Assembly: GCA_965262715.1 (NCBI GenBank)
Contig: OZ253553.1
Location: 2,464,001-2,528,000 of the forward strand
Direction of reading: 5' to 3'
DNA from: Bdellovibrionales bacterium
GTDB lineage: Bacteria; Bdellovibrionota; Bdellovibrionia; Bdellovibrionales; JAUICD01
DNA length: 64,000 nt
The position numbers were made by a program, and so were the translations under genes. The notes below the pieces were generated by a model. That model saw only the letters and a program-made list of their open reading frames with translations. It searched no databases and was not told the DNA's origin. Of this stretch, positions 62,809-64,000 are shown one piece after another (the stretch's first letter is position 1; each line of letters starts with the position of its first letter).

Positions 62809-63336
62809 ATGTCTTAAAATGATGCTTCAATATAATACTCTCTTTATAAACTCACAACCAACTCACAAATTCATGATTATTAATGTCTCTTTTAGAGATA
62901 AGTACTAACCCTTCGTCTTTAGACAAAGCTAAATTTTTTACTTAAAAATGAGCCTCTAGAGACGAACCTCTAGAGGCGAGTCTCTCGAGGCGAGCCTCTG
63001 GTCATCTTTAAGAAGGAGATTCCTCTATACTAACATCAAGGAAATCTTTACGATTTTGATATAGAATCGTTTTAGTCAATCTTCAATTGATTCTATTTGA
63101 ATCTCTTATAGTCCAAAATTACTCTGCCAAAACCATCTATATTAAGCTTTCAAGATACAGCAGATTAAATATATTTAAGAACTTTTATCCAGATTCGTTA
63201 TTTTTACTTTATATTTTCAAATCATTAGACCGATATATTTTTATCTACACAATTAAACAATTAATTGTGAGTGAAGTTTTTATGAACTGAATAAAGATAA
63301 TAAAATCAAGAATCACAAAATAAGGAACTGCATTTT

Positions 63337-64000
63337 ATGAAATTCTTTCTTTCTACATTTAGTTTAAAACTCGGACGTTTATGTATTTGTTTGTTGTTTT
63401 TAATGCTTGCAGCTTGCGGAGATGATGAAACTAAAGACTCCACAAGTGTTGGAGTCATAGTAACAGGGCTTGAAGATGATGCAACACCCAGAAAGGCAAA
63501 GACATGGAACTGGGGTTGTGAAGAAGATGGTGAAGAAGTAGATTGTGTTTATCGTCATGCGATCACCACAGCAGCATCCCATGATTTTAAAGATGATGAC
63601 TATGATGGTGAAGATAAAAGCGCAACCACTGATGATGGGCTTGATGGAAAACATTATATTCATGTCCAAGCACAATCTGAGGAGACAGATAATGAGTCAG
63701 AGGTAGAGACAGTTTCTGTGACACTAGATAATACCCTTCCAAATGACCCAGATCCAAATAATTTTGATGCTCCTAGTCCAAGTGCTAGCTCACCAATTCA
63801 GATCACTGTGAAAAATCTTAAGGCAGGAGATATAGTTCGCATTTATGTTGATGGCCCCGATAAAGAAGATACAGAAAATAGCAGTTTTCTTAGCAATGTT
63901 TGGAGCCTTGTTGCTCCTGCTTTAAATTTAAGCTCAACAACAACCTCTTCTGATACCATTTGTGCTGATGCAGATAATAAAGTAGGAGAAGAAACTGTTA
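63337..64000 (+). CDS. Acidic surface lipoprotein (3' truncated by window edge; absent from ORF track)
   Basis: MKFFLS...LMLAAC lipobox; frame open to window end; beta-rich segments such as YIHVQAQ, VTLDNT. Confidence 0.85.
   Translation, partial: MKFFLSTFSLKLGRLCICLLFLMLAACGDDETKDSTSVGVIVTGLEDDATPRKAKTWNWGCEEDGEEVDCVYRHAITTAASHDFKDDDYDGEDKSATTDDGLDGKHYIHVQAQSEETDNESEVETVSVTLDNTLPNDPDPNNFDAPSPSASSPIQITVKNLKAGDIVRIYVDGPDKEDTENSSFLSNVWSLVAPALNLSSTTTSSDTICADADNKVGEETV

Noticed and set aside
63400..63675. Minus-strand 91-aa ORF and other short antisense ORFs inside housekeeping genes
   Set aside because: They overlap better-supported genes on the opposite strand, here the lipoprotein starting at 63337

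Overview
AT-rich bacterial chromosome segment, most likely Bdellovibrionota. This is inferred from a DgcB-like FHA-GGDEF protein, a nuoA-H-J-K-L gene order, Flp/Tad genes and a PF08886-type GshA. Housekeeping and surface genes are def-fmt-rpe, gshA, metK, alr, dppBC-nagZ, mscS, gspG-K and a separate gspC, MCC beta subunit, an ECF sigma/anti-sigma pair, nuo, lysC-lysA, mpaA and tRNA-His. There are three complete IS elements: IS30, IS3 and IS1634, the last with a 238-bp target duplication. An array of four paralogous beta-barrel OMP genes is interleaved with hicAB and a PD-(D/E)XK gene, and one OMP is frameshifted in a poly-T tract. The most unusual signal is non-coding. Many intergenic gaps are mosaics of nested repeat modules. 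These include a family of about 15 copies of a multi-stem element whose helices show compensatory base changes, two smaller covarying hairpin families, and inverted-repeat-bounded cassettes carrying four-helix-bundle (bAvd/IVP-like) genes whose RBS and start codon lie inside a 29-bp hairpin. No CRISPR array, reverse transcriptase or rRNA is evident. All assignments are by eye; no searches were run.
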